A stretch of 63,792 nt of DNA, counting the filler, from Choristocarpus tenellus KU-1152 (taxonomy: Eukaryota > Protista > Phaeophyceae), in assembly GCA_964200185.2 (NCBI GenBank). It is 11 parts of 11 records of this genome, joined end to end, with 100 filler letters (N's around TTAATTAATTAA, not from the genome) between each part and the next. Parts side by side here need not be neighbours in the genome. Positions count along the whole stretch, not along the records: positions 7,785 to 17,423 come from CAXNAD020003512.1; positions 17,524 to 27,762 come from CAXNAD020003053.1; 9 more parts are not named here. The stretch is one strand, 5' to 3'. The notes beneath the pieces were generated by a model. The model ran no database searches. It was not told the DNA's origin and saw nothing but the letters and a program-made list of their open reading frames with translations. This document shows positions 14,150-27,078 of the stretch, piece by piece. The position numbers and the translations under genes are program-made. Each line of letters begins with the position of its first letter. Within the stretch, counting starts at the first letter, position 1.

Positions 14150-14310
14150 ACCCTTCTCTCAACCGTGATCCCAAACTTCTCAAGATCGTTGTACAAGGAC
14201 ATCCACCTGTTATTTTTCTGTCCGCCATGCATGCTTCCCCTTTCCACTTAGAAGTTCCCCGAACATAATTGCTTTTGGGACTCCCTCAATCCTCATACAT
14301 ACGTGCATCC
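14150..14310 (-). pseudogene. RTE-clade LINE 3' fragment
   Basis: Minus-strand translation ..GVPKAIMFGELLSGKG../GGQKNNRWMSLYNDLEKFGI resembles the RLPKxxMFGEL..GGQxKxW..DLxxFGI tail of RTE ORFs. Confidence 0.55.
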
Positions 14311-14597
14311 ACTCTTCCATCATATTTGAGTTTATCTAGTCTTTTATACAAAACGGGTAAATAAATAATGAACAAAAGAATTGATGGGACACGTTTCTTG
14401 TTTTAGTTTTTAATATTATATTAGATCATAGATGGGTTCGTATGTAAGATGGACATATCTTATTTGTATATTTTTAATTAGGTTAGAAATGGGTTGACCA
14501 CAAAGACCTGGGTTCCAGGTTCTACGTTTCTATTATTTTTGTGTGAAGTGTGTGGAGTATTTGGGAAAGGGTTCGTCAAACAACGAAGGGGGTGGAG

Positions 14598-17255
14598 ATG
14601 ACCATGGGACTCCTGGAAAAAGCGAGGAGGAAAATTTCTGAAGTTGCTTCGCCAGAAGAAATGCGACAACCGGTCATGTGGAACCTTCCAGACTTCGTGG
14701 GGAAATACCATCTACACCAAATGACCGTGGAAAATCCTGTTCCAGGAACGGCAGTAAGAATAGATAGAGAGCGCAAGAGACATGCGGACAAGCAATATAG
14801 ATTGCATCTCAAAAATCTTGATGATATCGAGGAGAGAAGGATCTCAAGGACTAAGGCGAAGGTCCGTCAGGCCAATGTGTTCACTCGGGTAAAAGTCCAA
14901 ACCACCGTGGGCTCCAGGTTGAACTGCGGTGAGTTGAGATTTGCGCCGAAGGTACAAGCTTTCCTTCTTCGAAAATATATAGAACAGAATAACAGTCAAT
15001 TATGGAAATGATGGTGTACTATTACTTGTCCAAGAGTTAACTCACTGAAGCGACATAATCATCGAAGCGCTACCTCATGAATTCGCAGGGCAACGTATGT
15101 GCGAGCTCGCCACTTCATCGAAGAAGAAAAATCTGTCGAAAAAGCGACGTGTGGTCCCAGATGACGAATTTGGAGTTTTTCTTCGTCATGTCGAGACCAA
15201 TAACATACTCCAAGTCAAATCCAGCCTACGAATCTCGAATTTCTCTCACATAGACACAGCCGAATATTGTCACGGCAACACTCCATTACATCGTGCGGTA
15301 ACCCTCGGATTAGTCGATATGACTCGGTTACTTCTTGAGGCGGGGGCTCAACCAAACGTTGGCAACTTAATGGGTGACGCACCAATTCATTGCTGCTGGC
15401 GTTTCTGGAAGGGTGATGAGGAAAAATTCTTCCTGTGGAACAAGAGTCCCTATCACATGACTAGCCAGCAAGACCTTGAGGATTTTGACCGGATGGTGAG
15501 ATCCCCTATAATGCACAATATTACACATTATACATGGGCAATAATATCTCTTACAAGTTATTAATATGGAGAACATGAATACAATCTAGAACAGGAAAAC
15601 AGAACGAATCATATTGTCCTGCGACCCTGAATCCTTACCAACAGCCATTGTTTGTGGGAAAAACTCTTCCTTGTCTTAAGCAACCAATATCTACTACTCT
15701 ACTACAGCATCAAGGAAGAGACATACACCGTACACATCAGACATCATGTCCATATTCTCTGTCACCTTGTTCACCCACTATGCTTTACATTCTACAGAAA
15801 AGAAATGTGGCCAACACTGTTCTGCTGCTTCGACTCCTGGTAAAATATGGGGCTGACGTGGATGCTAGGTGCAATAATGGAGAAGTGGCACTGCACACTG
15901 CAGCTCAAATGGGACCACAAGAGGCCCTTTGGGTCCTATTGTTGAGCAAGGCTATACACAATATAGAAGGACATCGAAGGTTGACCCCAGAGCTGGTGGC
16001 AGTGAAGGCAAACAAGCCGGAGTTTGTGGCAATACTGGCTAACTGGTCAATTGCACGAGTGGAATACACTCATTCTGAGTTTCAGGAGGAATGGATGCGC
16101 TTCCTTGTTGATCCAGATGCTAACTTGGGAGGAAATCTCACAGCAAGTCAGATTGTGGCACAGCTACACATGGAACAACATGAGGAGAGGACTGCTATTC
16201 ATGCTCACAATGGATATACATTGGTCGATGAGGTCATCACTGGCCTCTTAAAGCCTGTTCCAGAACGGGACAGGGTAGATACAACAAGTTCATTGTCTGC
16301 AACAGAAAGCGTTAAAACTGCAAGTCAAGCTGGGCCGGGGCTGCTGGTGAGCCCTGGAGAGGAATCTCCTCTTAAAAAGGCAAGGCCTGAAGGCATTGGC
16401 GAGGGGGATTGGAACATGCAGCCTAACACCCAGAGCAAGCTGGGGCAAGAGCTCAATGTTTTCTTGGCTAGAGCTAGAGACATTAGCACTGGCCCTCTTT
16501 TGTCAGAAACAGTTGGTGAGGTTAATCCAGTTGCGAAGATAGCTATTTTAGAAAAATTGGAACAGCGGAGGATCCACAGCAAGAATAATGGTGAAAACCT
16601 CAACAATAAATTTAAGGAGACAAAAAGGATGCCGAAGGCTCTTGATCCCTTTGGCCAGCTGATCAGCACAAGCCAGAGAAGACGATTCACTGCCAGAGAA
16701 GTCGCTGAGGATGGAGGTCAGAATTCCCTTTGCTCTAGGTCGCTATTATTTTCTGTATTCCAACTACAACAAGTTCAACTGAGTCAAGGGAGGAGATCCA
16801 GCTACCTCTCTGCACTGCTTGTTGCCCCTCCTTTCTTGACGTCCAATGCTTGTAGCAAGTGAAATCATGTCATCATTCAGTACTCCCCTTGTTTGACATG
16901 TTCTTCTCTTCTATGGCAACATCATCTTGTCTCTTACTCCTGGATATCTGCTCAATATCACCATGGAGAAGGGGTGGAAAGCCCTCTCCTTCGCCCAGCA
17001 ACATCTTCAGCGCTCCTGACCACTCAGGCCAGGGTATGTAAGAAGACTGAAATCCCACACTATATCTATGGTCAACGCCTCCTTACCTACGGAATGCTAA
17101 AGAAGAAGGAACGGGAGGCAAAGCTTATGCCAACTGCAAGGATATTTGCCGATAAGAGCATGGATGGTGACATCACAAGAGGAGAGGGAGGTAGGCTTTC
17201 TGGTGGCAGGAGCAACACCGAAGGCAGAGGAGTGTACCTCAATGACATGCGCATG
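14598..17255 (+). CDS. Ankyrin-repeat protein, multi-exon, 3'-incomplete (runs off contig)
   Basis: Phase-consistent exons 14598-14928 (donor GTGAGT), 15089-15495 (GTGAGA), 15798-16716 (GTCAGA) and ~16972-17255 (GTGAGT; acceptor uncertain). ANK motifs HGNTPLHRAVTLGLVDMTRLLLEAGAQPN, MGDAPIH, LLVKYGADVDARCNNGEVALHTAAQMG, RLTPELVAV. Confidence 0.88.
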
Positions 17256-17523
17256 GTGAGTCGAGTCCATTGATAGCATATTGCAAGGGGCCTTATACCA
17301 GACCGATGGTATTAAAAAAAAAAAACAGGTTGGCCTGTAGCTCGGTCCCCTCTGGTTTAGTGTTGATGTATCTTCTAGGGTATGATTTTTTTCCTGTTTG
17401 TTTTTTTTGTTCTTAGTTTACCANNNNNNNNNNNNNNNNNNNNNNNNNNNNNNNNNNNNNNNNNNNNTTAATTAATTAANNNNNNNNNNNNNNNNNNNNN
17501 NNNNNNNNNNNNNNNNNNNNNNN

Positions 17524-20171
17524 GGGGGGGTCGTCATGTGGAGTGTGCCAACCTTTGTGACGATTGTCTGCCCAGGAGGAACCTTATGACCTTTGCCGTA
17601 GGGCCACTCTTCCTCTGGTGTCGGATCCCTCAAGGTATACTGAGTTTTAGTTGCCTGGCTACAGATGGTATCCACTAGGGATGAGGTTCCTGGCATGTGC
17701 ACCCCATGTAATTCCAGTCTCCTGGCAACAGACTTCACCACAGCCCCGACTCCATCAGACAAGTACTTACCGTGACAGGAGGCAAGAAAAGTTGTGTACT
17801 ACGGAAATTCCCATCCGTGCTAAAGACTGAGAAACCCACCACATCTGCCATCTGTTCTTGAACTGCCTCCCGCATCAATCGGAAAAGATGTGAAATATCT
17901 TTAGGGCCTGTCCGTATTCACTGGCTAGAGGTATTAGGTGGTCTTTCACAAACATCTCCACGGCGTTCTGGACGAACTCGTTGTCTTGGCTTCGGTCTTC
18001 ACTGCACACCGTCATGCTGTGAGCCCAAACCCTGCCATTCCCAAGATGTCCCTCTTCTCTGAGATCCCTCAACCACCAGACAATGGTCAGAAGCGCCGTA
18101 AGGAATAGATTGAAGAACTCTTGTTGTGTCAAGTCTTGGTGATTGTGTTGCAGGTGGGCGCTGAAGTTCATGGACATGGCAGCAAGTCCTTTGGGGAGGC
18201 GGGATTTGCAGTGTTTGCATTTTTACGCCTGCCAAATGGTGGTGTTGTGATGAAGAAAAACGCTCTTGTCGAAGTTTGTAAATATGACTTTTCGGAGTGT
18301 AGGGAACCCTCCGTCCTTGGGAACAGCACCTGCATCGAATGGGCCAGGTGGTCGCGTATGGAGCGTTGTTGCTGGTGATATGTCGTGATCATTCAGGCTT
18401 TGTTGTGGTGTAATCGATTATGTTCGGTGCTGTGGGAGGGAGTATCTACTCGTTGTTTGACAAAACGCCGTGGCATATTCAATACACACTGTAATTATTA
18501 GTCGAAGGAGACTGTCGCTCACCTTTCGCCTTCGGATGTGTTTGTCCGTAGACCCTGTGTCGTCTTTGTCATCGTTCTCCTCGGTCCTGTTCCTCCGGAT
18601 GTCGGGGGCGGACTCTCCCACCATGCGCTTAGCGATAATCAAATCGTCCATCATGAGATTGTCCACCCTCAGCTCTGCATATTTTGCCTTCATCGTCTGG
18701 ATCATGTCATCTTTGGTGGTCCTGTTTGGGGTGGCGATGCCAAGTCTAGATGACAACGCCTGTGTGGCAACGTAGACGGACCCAGAGATTTATTCCAGGA
18801 TGGGTGTGTGGTCTGGATGTAAACAAGGGGGTATGGTCGATTGGTAGGGTAGGTTGCTTGCCGTGTCGGTCCTGGACCCGGCATGAGGGTTGAAGCGGAC
18901 AGGTTCGTCTTCCAAATCTAACTAGTTCGTGAGTGTTTGGATAAGACACACCTTTACCTCCTGGCAAGTCTTTCGTTGCAGGTCCGCCTCCATCACCGGG
19001 GTGTATGCGTGGACGAACTCATTCCATGTGACACAGGTGCTGTGAGAGTCCAACATACAAGGGCACTTCCACATCGGATCAGATTTCCAGTCACACCTGT
19101 CACATGTACTGTCGACACAGGAATTTTTGAAACTGCCCAAGGAACTGCCGGAGGACGGTTCTCTAAGGGGCTTCAGCACGGTCCTCTTGCATCTATTTTG
19201 TTTTGATTAGTCCAAGAGCGGTTTTTGTTGTCAGTGTAGAGGTTTGAGTCGCGGATCGAACGTCACTAGTGAGCCCGGCTGTTGCTGCGACATATTTAGA
19301 GGACGTAATGAAACGGTTTGAGGGCGAGTATGTTGGTGTGTATCTACGGTGGTTTCATTATTTTGGATACCATTCCAGCTCGTCGTGATAACACATTCGC
19401 CACATCGTGGGTGTGGTTTGGAATAGAAACTTACAAGAGGAAGGCCATTAGATGAGCACCATTCTTGAGTGTGGCGTCCACTTCTTCAGACCCGTATCCT
19501 TTGCCTTTGTTGCAAAATGCGCATGTGCATGCGCAAGTGCGTTGTCCATCATCGCCAAAGAACGTCCTCGCATGTACTTTCTTCCAGTTCTCTCTTAGGC
19601 ACTGAACCTGGAGGTCGGTGGTCATGTGGTGAATGCAAACGCATGATCTGTGTTGCGTGGAAGAGTGAGGGAGGGATACGGTGGGTTAGCACCCCTTGTG
19701 TGTGGACACGGATGATGCAGTATGTGACTGGGTACCCTGTGGCGGTTAGGAAACATAGACTTACCCAATCATCACTGTAGCGTGTATCCAAAAAATCGAA
19801 AGACTATTTCCGCAGACACCTTGGCGTGGCCTTTGTGATGTAGAACGGTCTCCACTTCACAAACGTCGGCAGACAGGGTATTGGTCCTAACGTTCCCTCC
19901 TGTTCGAATCTCTCCCGGAAGTTGGCGTAGGCCTCCTCATCTGTCCCAATCTGTAACCTGTTGTCACGTCGGTTGCACCATGTTATACATAGTGTAATGT
20001 CAAAGTTTTGTTGGTCGAGAATGAACACGTTACAATGATTAATCCATAAAGTGTTGGGGGTGGATATGCGCAATATTCATGAGGATGATACTCGCTAGTG
20101 TAGAGTACCTCTGAGCGTACTGTTGGCACAGTGCATCCGGGCAGCAAACTCTCTTGTTCGCATGCGGGTCT
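17524..20171 (-). pseudogene. Sola-superfamily (Sola2-like) DDD transposase, intron-containing, decayed
   Basis: Ordered minus-strand motifs: PTFVKWRPFY (19850), Cys cluster CVDSTCDRCDW..CPC..VTWNEF (19020-19120), MNFSAH..TQQEFF (expected DFxENY, 18110-18175), IFSD*CGRQFKN (17855-17890), HNF/LASCHGKYLSDGVGAVVK (17730-17800). Contains stops and frameshifts. Confidence 0.75.
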
Positions 20172-20511
20172 TATGCAAAAGAGAGCTATTCCAATAGAGT
20201 AATTTCATTATGTTGTATGGATGTATTTATTAGCGGAGTGAGCACTACCCTCGAGGTGGGGAGGGTGCTCTCCCTTGTTATCTAATGCATACGTAAGCAA
20301 ACACGTCAGAAATATGTTTGTGACAGTTACACTACGTCAGCCACTTATACTAAACAGAAATTTGAACTCAATCCATCGAGACTCGAACCTGTTATACTAA
20401 GCACACGGAAACAAGTCCTTGACACTTACGTTACTCAATCAACACTCCATTTGTTCAGTGCTGGTCACTAAACACATAAGATCCTATAGACTACCTAGCC
20501 CATATTGCACA
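20172..20511 (-). repeat. 3' LTR of the Copia element
   Basis: Direct repeat of 23306-23645 (about 16 substitutions counted by eye). Confidence 0.93.
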
Positions 20512-22110
20512 CTCCCCCATGAGCATGCAGCAAAGTTGCTGAGTAAACTCACTCTCGACGTGAAAGCACGGGACGCACAAAATCAGCGATAAGATTCTTA
20601 CGTAAAGACTTCGTTAACATGTCAGCCAATTGCTTGCGTGTTGGAATATATTCAATGTGAAATATTCCTTGATCTACATACCCTCTTGTACACGTTTTGC
20701 ATCTGGCCCATTCAAGGCCGCCTTGGTTGTAGTTGGTTCGTCTGTATCTGTTCCCACTTCCCCCTTGAGACCCATAAGGCAGTATGCGTCAATGTTGTCC
20801 TGCTGCATAAGGGTTGATACGAAGTGGTTCATTTCTGTTTCTTCATCATCTTCCTGGTCACACAGCTGAGATGTGTAGGCTACCCCCTGGCGCTGCTTCA
20901 GCCTGGAAGATCTCCGTCGCTCAGAGTGTAGGATTAAGCGCTTGGCCGCCATTTGCGTTGCCCTATCCATGCGCTGTCGTTGTCCCATCCTGGGAGAAAT
21001 CTTTTGAGTTTGATGAGGTCGTTTTGCATCTTGAGCCCTATGCCCAATGTTTTGGCTCTCACTCCCAATCTAACTCTCTGTTGTGGAAGTCTCCTCAGCT
21101 TTCTTATCCATGTCCATGTCGTCGTGAAACTCTGACTCCCCCAGTTTGTCCAGCTCTGGCTCCCCCACTAGCTCCAGCAGTTTGGCTTCAGGCTGGAAAG
21201 TCACCTGAGCTGAGGTCACCAGCTTGTCTTCCTGTGGAGTCCACACGTGTCAGCATAGTAATGCCCTGTTGTGCCCCGCCTTGATGTAGTGTCATTGCCC
21301 CCACTCTGAGTCTCCATACCTGACCAGGCCCCCATTGTCCATTGTTTCTCTTGTTGACGTAGCACTCACTCCCCCTATCATAATTGAATGTCTTGTACAT
21401 CCTCTTGTTGAGTGAAGTCCTGTGCCACCAACCTGGCCTTGAACTGTTCAGTGATCCCCTCAGCTGTTGGCTTTGTCTTAAATTAAGACTTAGTCTGGAG
21501 AGGATTTCTTCCCCATGTCAAAACCTCTCCCTCTATGAAGGTTCCTTTCATCCATTGTTGCTCCATCTCCTCCATTGCCGCTTGCCAATTCTCTCGTGTA
21601 AGGCCCCGTGAGTGCCTCTGATATAGAAGATGGTTCTTGATGGCCTGGAGTAGAATTATTTACTTCCCAGACTTACAAGTCTTGTGCAGGCAGCCCTTGC
21701 TGACAAGCCTCCTCTGTTTTTTCTTTTCTGGCTCCAACCCTAGTCCAGCTGATTCCTTCGCCTGTTTAGACGGTGTCACTCTTCTCTGGTGACAGAAAAT
21801 ATGAAGGTTTCCTTTATCTCCACAGTTGTAGCGCATTCCTTCGAAAGAACCAAGGACCAATATGCTTGATCAGTCCATAGTTTAAAGTTCTTCTGTTGGT
21901 CTTGATCTCGTCTCTGGTAGGGGATCCTGTTGTGATATGGTCCGTACGTTGACCAGTTGTACCTTGGCTGCCTCCTCCGCTGACCTTCTGTTTTCTCTTC
22001 CATGCGTTTATGGTTCCAGCGGCTAGAGTGCTCCCAGGCTCCCCGAAGTTAGCTCCTCCTTTCCTTTCTGGTGGAGGCTTAGTTACTGCTCCTGCTAATG
22101 TCCTGCTCCC

Positions 22111-23235
22111 CTAGTGGCAGGTACGGCAATTGCTTTTCTCATTCCGTAAGCAAGAATCTTGGGGTCTCCAATCGATGGGCATGCCCCCCTTCAGGGACAA
22201 GTGTTGTGACGACTGCTCTTCCTCCGAGACTTCCAGTTCTTGCTCGTTATTGATTGTACCATATCCCATGTCGATGATGATACTATTGCCTGTTTTAGCT
22301 TCCTGTAGCTTATATCGGGTCTTGTGATAAGCTGCATGGGGATCTTGTCCTCCGCGTGTCTTCTGTTGAGCTGTATGGCGATCTTGTCCTCCACACGGAC
22401 ACATCTGCGCAAATACCTGCAGCATGCTGTCCCTGATGCCTATGATCAGAGCTCCTTTCTTGGCATGATCTTGGCTGCCTCCAGCTGCTCGTACTCTTGT
22501 CCAGATATGATTGAGGCGAATTACGAAGTCTGCAGCGCCTTCCACTGACGAGCAGTACATGTCGCGCAATGTCGTCTCTAGAGCTATAGGCTGCATAGGC
22601 CGCTGACTCACAGCGCGCCCCCCATAGATCTGCTTTAATTCGAACCAGGCAGCCCTCCCATTGGGGCTGCTGTTATTCTCATGAGAGCTGACCACCGTCG
22701 CTGCAGCCCCCTTTGTGGCCTGTCCCAGCAGGAACCACAAGGCCTCGCGATGCCCTCCATATATCTGCTCCAATTTGAGCCAGACAGCCCTCCCATCGGG
22801 GCTGCTGTTTTTCTCATGAGAGCTGACCCCACCATCACTGCAGCCCCTTTGTGGCCTGTCCCAGCAGGAACCACAAGGCCTTGCGAGACTTGACGTACTC
22901 CTCGTACGCGCTGTGTCCCTCAAACGATGTATGAGCTGTGGGAGGTGCAGGAATGCGATATGCTGGTTGTAGGATGCAGTACAGTCCCTTGCCGCCCGCA
23001 TAGCTCACCAGCGCCATCCAACACTCTGTTCACTTCTCCCTTGTATGCTCCCGCGCTCCACTCCATAGTGGCAGCATATGGGGGTCCGAGGTGCAGGAAT
23101 CCGGTATGCCGGTTGTAGGATGCAGTACGGTCCCTTGCCGCCCACATAGCTCACCAGCGCCATCCGCCATTCTGCTCACTTCTCCCTTGTATGCCCCCGT
23201 ACTCCACTCCATAGTGGCAGCATACGGGGGTCCGC
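22111..23235 (-). pseudogene. gag: Copia gag remnant with two internal tandem duplications (~146 bp and ~134 bp periods)
   Basis: WRMALVSY.GGKGLYCIL..KALWFLLGQATKGAAA..GRAAWFELKQIYGG..FVIRLNHIWTRVRAAG (UBN2-like gag); duplicated blocks at 22942/23088 and 22628/22762. Confidence 0.7.
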
Positions 23236-23305
23236 TTATATACCAATGAGCACAACCTATAGGTTAGATTTCCCTGCGAAAGGGAATCGTGTGAGGCTCA
23301 TAACC

Positions 23306-23645
23306 TATGCAAAAGAGAGCTATTCCAAGAGAGTCTTTTCATTATGTTGTATGGATGTATTTATTAGCGGAGTGAGCACTACCTTCGAGGTGGGGAGGGT
23401 GCTCTCCCTTGTTATCTAATGCATACGTAAGCAAACACGTCAGAAATATGTTTGTGACAGTTACACTACGTCAGCCACTTATATTGAACAGAAATTAGGA
23501 CTCAATCCATCGAGATTCGAACCTGTTATACTAAGCACACGGAAACAAGTCCTTGACACTTACGTTACTCAATCAACACTTCTGTTATTTAGTGCTGCTC
23601 ACTAAACACATAAGATCCTATAGACTACCTAGCCTATATTGCACA
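23306..23645 (-). repeat. 5' LTR of the Copia element
   Basis: Direct repeat of 20172-20511; followed on the - strand by the PBS. Confidence 0.93.
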
Positions 23646-23959
23646 GGTCTAAGTAGTGCATGCCCTAGTGGAATAATGAGATGTAACCGGATCGTGGGGC
23701 ATGGCGGAGCTGTTGCTCTCCCATACGGTGATACCAAGAACATGTGTATCAGGATGCTGCACATCGAACTGTTGCGAGGAGCTGTTCCTTCCCACGTCAA
23801 ATATCTTTGGTCTGCCATTTTGTGTGAGGTAACGATATGAGATGTGGGGTGTGTGTCGGTTGTGCACCAGTATATGAGGGATCATCCGGGCATCTGTTAG
23901 TGATGAAATTGTTTTCAACATACATTGGACGTGTTCGCGCGGGGACCAAGTTGTGAGTG

Positions 23960-24600
23960 TCACACCGTTGATGGTTGATGAGGACGAACTTCCATACCTG
24001 TGGGTGATGCTTGAGGAGAGTAGTGAGGGGCGTGGGTGTTGGATACGGGAGACAATCCTCCAGCGTCATCTGCAGTCGATGTGGAGGGGCTCGCCTGTCG
24101 CGGCATGTCTCGCATGAATCCCGTCCGTTTTTTGGCGGATGACCTTAGTGTGTCGACGTTGATGTCGTATTTTCTTGCTGCGGACAGAAGGGGTTGAAAT
24201 GTCAATGTCACCCCGTCATCGCCTATTTCAACATCAGAAGTGATGCCGACGAGGATGGATTTGTATACCTGGCGGATATGCTTGATGGTAAGATCTTTCT
24301 TTACACATTTTAAGAATGTCTTGACCTGGAGATCAGGCGTGGACTCGCGTTGTTCCTGAGCTAGCAGAACTCCCAGTGCGCTCGCCAATGGTGTAAATCT
24401 ACTTTTCTCATCCAACAACCAAGAGGCAAGGTCGTTCAAAGTGCGGCCGCTTCCTTCCATCTCTTCTGGACCATCGTGGTTGACAATCATGGAGAGGAAG
24501 AGGTCCATCATCTGGTCCGTTTTGGATTTCTTCCTCGAACGAGCGGCACTGGTCTTGGGCAGTCTCTTTAGTCCCCGTTTCCTGAGTGGGATCCAAACGA
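23960..24600 (-). pseudogene. Uncharacterised ORF remnant (183 aa) upstream of the Sola-like transposase; possibly its N-terminal exon
   Basis: ORF 23960-24511 with coding-like GC composition, same strand as the transposase; no recognised domain. Confidence 0.4.
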
Positions 24601-25181
24601 GGTTACGATATGAGTTGGGTGGGTTTATTTCCCTTTGACATTAGTCATGGATCTTCATGATGCGAGCATGGGTATTACTGCATCTTTGTTCGGGGGAAGG
24701 GGCTTGCACAATGTTTGGTCACGAAGTTTTCCACGGAGTACCGCCGTGTTGGATGACACCCCACTTTGAAAGCACAGAGAAGGGTGTCTTTGATACATCG
24801 AGAACCGAAACCGCCCCGATCAGAATATCCTGAAAAGGTGTGCAGCGCGTATGGTTACGAAAAGGTTCAATGAAGCATGTAGGACGAAGTGAATGGGGGT
24901 AGTTTATCAAACGGTAGAGTGTGTGTTTTGATCTGAATATTTTTGGGAACAGTTGACAAGGTGCATGGTGGGTGTCGCCCCTGACACTATTTGCGCATGT
25001 ACGTACTACAATTGACGTGTTCTGTCGAACGGTAAACTAAAGTGTACGATGGATTTTGTGGTGGAAGGGATACTGAACGTTCATGTAATGTCGGTTAACA
25101 CATATCCCCACATGCACATACCATCGTATGCGCCCCTTTCTCTATAGGGGATAGGAGGTTGCAATTGAGTTTTGTAGTTTG

Positions 25182-25545
25182 GAGGCGTGTGGCTTCAAAG
25201 AGGTTAGTATGTGGAGAGCCGCAACTTTTGCCATACTTTGCGTATGGTAAATTATGGCGAAAATGACTTGAGGCGTGTGGCTTGAAATAAGTTGGTATAT
25301 GGACCGCCGCAAATTTCGCCACACTTTGTCGTACGGTAAATTATGGCGAAAATGACTTGAGGCGTGTGGCTTGAAAAGAGTTGGTATATGGACCGCCGCA
25401 CAACTTTCACCACACTTTGTTGTAGGACAAAGTACGGCAAAAATGGCATGACGCGTGTGACTTCAAATAAGTTGGTATGTGGACAGCCGCAATTTTTGCC
25501 ATACTTTGTCAAACGGTCAAGTATGGCAAAAATGACATGAGGCGA
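25182..25545. repeat. Minisatellite, ~89-bp unit x ~4
   Basis: GA(G/C)GCG-led unit starts at 25182, 25270, 25359, 25450, 25539 (GAGGCGTGTGGCTT in the first three). Confidence 0.9.
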
Positions 25546-27078
25546 GCAGATGAAGGGCAAAACATGACTTGGATTAATTTCATTATTGCATAAGGGTGAG
25601 AGACGGTGTCAGGGTAGGGCACAGAGTCAGGGTTGGGACAGGTGCTAGGGTTGGGATCGGAAACACAAACTTGAGGGAGCATCGTTTGGTTCCGATACAT
25701 ATCGGAGGACACGAACTTGTCGCTAGGTTTCGTTCTGCTCTTGATGGGAGGACGTGTGCGTCACAGGTTCGGAACTACATTAGAACTAGTGAACACCACG
25801 TCTCTCTGATTTAGATGCAAATGTGTGATTTCGAACGGATATGGTGACCATATGCTTCACTATGCCTAGTCTTCAAGCGCTAATCCCTCCTTCAGGTAAT
25901 TACAGAACGCACAGGCTACATTGGAGTGTGCCTTGCTGCGACGGAGGCCTGGCCTTGCCTTTGGGATGTCCGGGGTCTATCCCTCCGGAGTCCACGAGTT
26001 CGTTCCCGCTGTTAGCGAGATCGTGTAGTGTTTGGCGGGTCGTCATCGTACACCTGCGGTGCGATGGGTGTGGTCCTCTTGAAGAACTGCGACAACGATT
26101 CCTATATATTATCCAGGCCCGTTCGTTTGTTGTTGACAGAGTGAGGGAGTGTGGGGTTTGTCGCATATGTGGTTTGGCAAATATTGTTTTGTTATGCACT
26201 ATAACATAGTTCTACAAAACTGCAAATATATGAAAAAAAAATGCAAACTCAAATTTTGACCCTCTCGCACAAATGAAGATATAGCGAATGGAGATTTACA
26301 TATATATAAACACTTTAATGCCGGTATTTGTTCTAGTTCAACGCCATCGTAGACATGCATAGAAATTTCAAAACATATGTGAAGAGAGCAAAATTCCCTT
26401 TATTAAATATCCTTCTTTATTCCCGAGGAAAAGGAACACCCCAACTAGCCTGTTCATAACCACAAAATATATACTATTATTTGATATGGGTACAACATTC
26501 ATAAAGGCGGTTGTTCTTGTATGGACTATTGTGAAGTTGTACAACCGAAAAAAGAATAGCTTGAAAGGACCATACCTTCTGTGGCAATTGGGCTCGTCTG
26601 TGGCTATCCCTGTGCGCTGTACGTGACGCGAAATACCGGGCATGTCGGAAGGTAAAAAGACGGCAAGACTTCCACTTCGTGCAGGGTGATCAGGTGCATA
26701 CTGCTGGAGGATGATGTGAACCAACTGCGACAAGCCATCCTCTCTGGACCTGACTCGATGCGCAAAATATTTGCTCTCTCTTCTTCTGTTTGTTTCTCCT
26801 GTCCCATTTCCAATGTGCCCACCCAATGCAGACATCCCGCGATCAACTGAGAGTCTTAGTCGAACCAACGAACGCCGCAATGCCTCCAAAGGGAACCAGA
26901 AGGTGAGTCCCCAGACAAGAAACGTTCACCCTTCATGCAGCCTACACTGGAGTGTCTCTGAATGACCAATATCGCAAACACACCGTCATGATTTAGCGCC
27001 TTTGGCGGATGTTGCGGCTATCGTCCGTTCGCGTAGCATATATTAGCATGTGACTGACATGATAGTGTACCGAAGTGG

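Larger units (their letters stand above)
20172..23645 (-). mobile_element. Ty1/Copia LTR retrotransposon, internally deleted (non-autonomous), 3474 bp, TSD GGTCT
   Basis: 340-bp LTRs at 20172-20511 and 23306-23645; GGTCT at 20167-20171 and 23646-23650; PBS GGTTATGAGCC directly after the 5' LTR; PPT ATGGGGGAG before the 3' LTR; gag remnant (GRAAWFELKQIYGG); pre-RT motif DEPTTTKAALNGPD; RNase H tail QLADMLTKSL. Confidence 0.93.
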
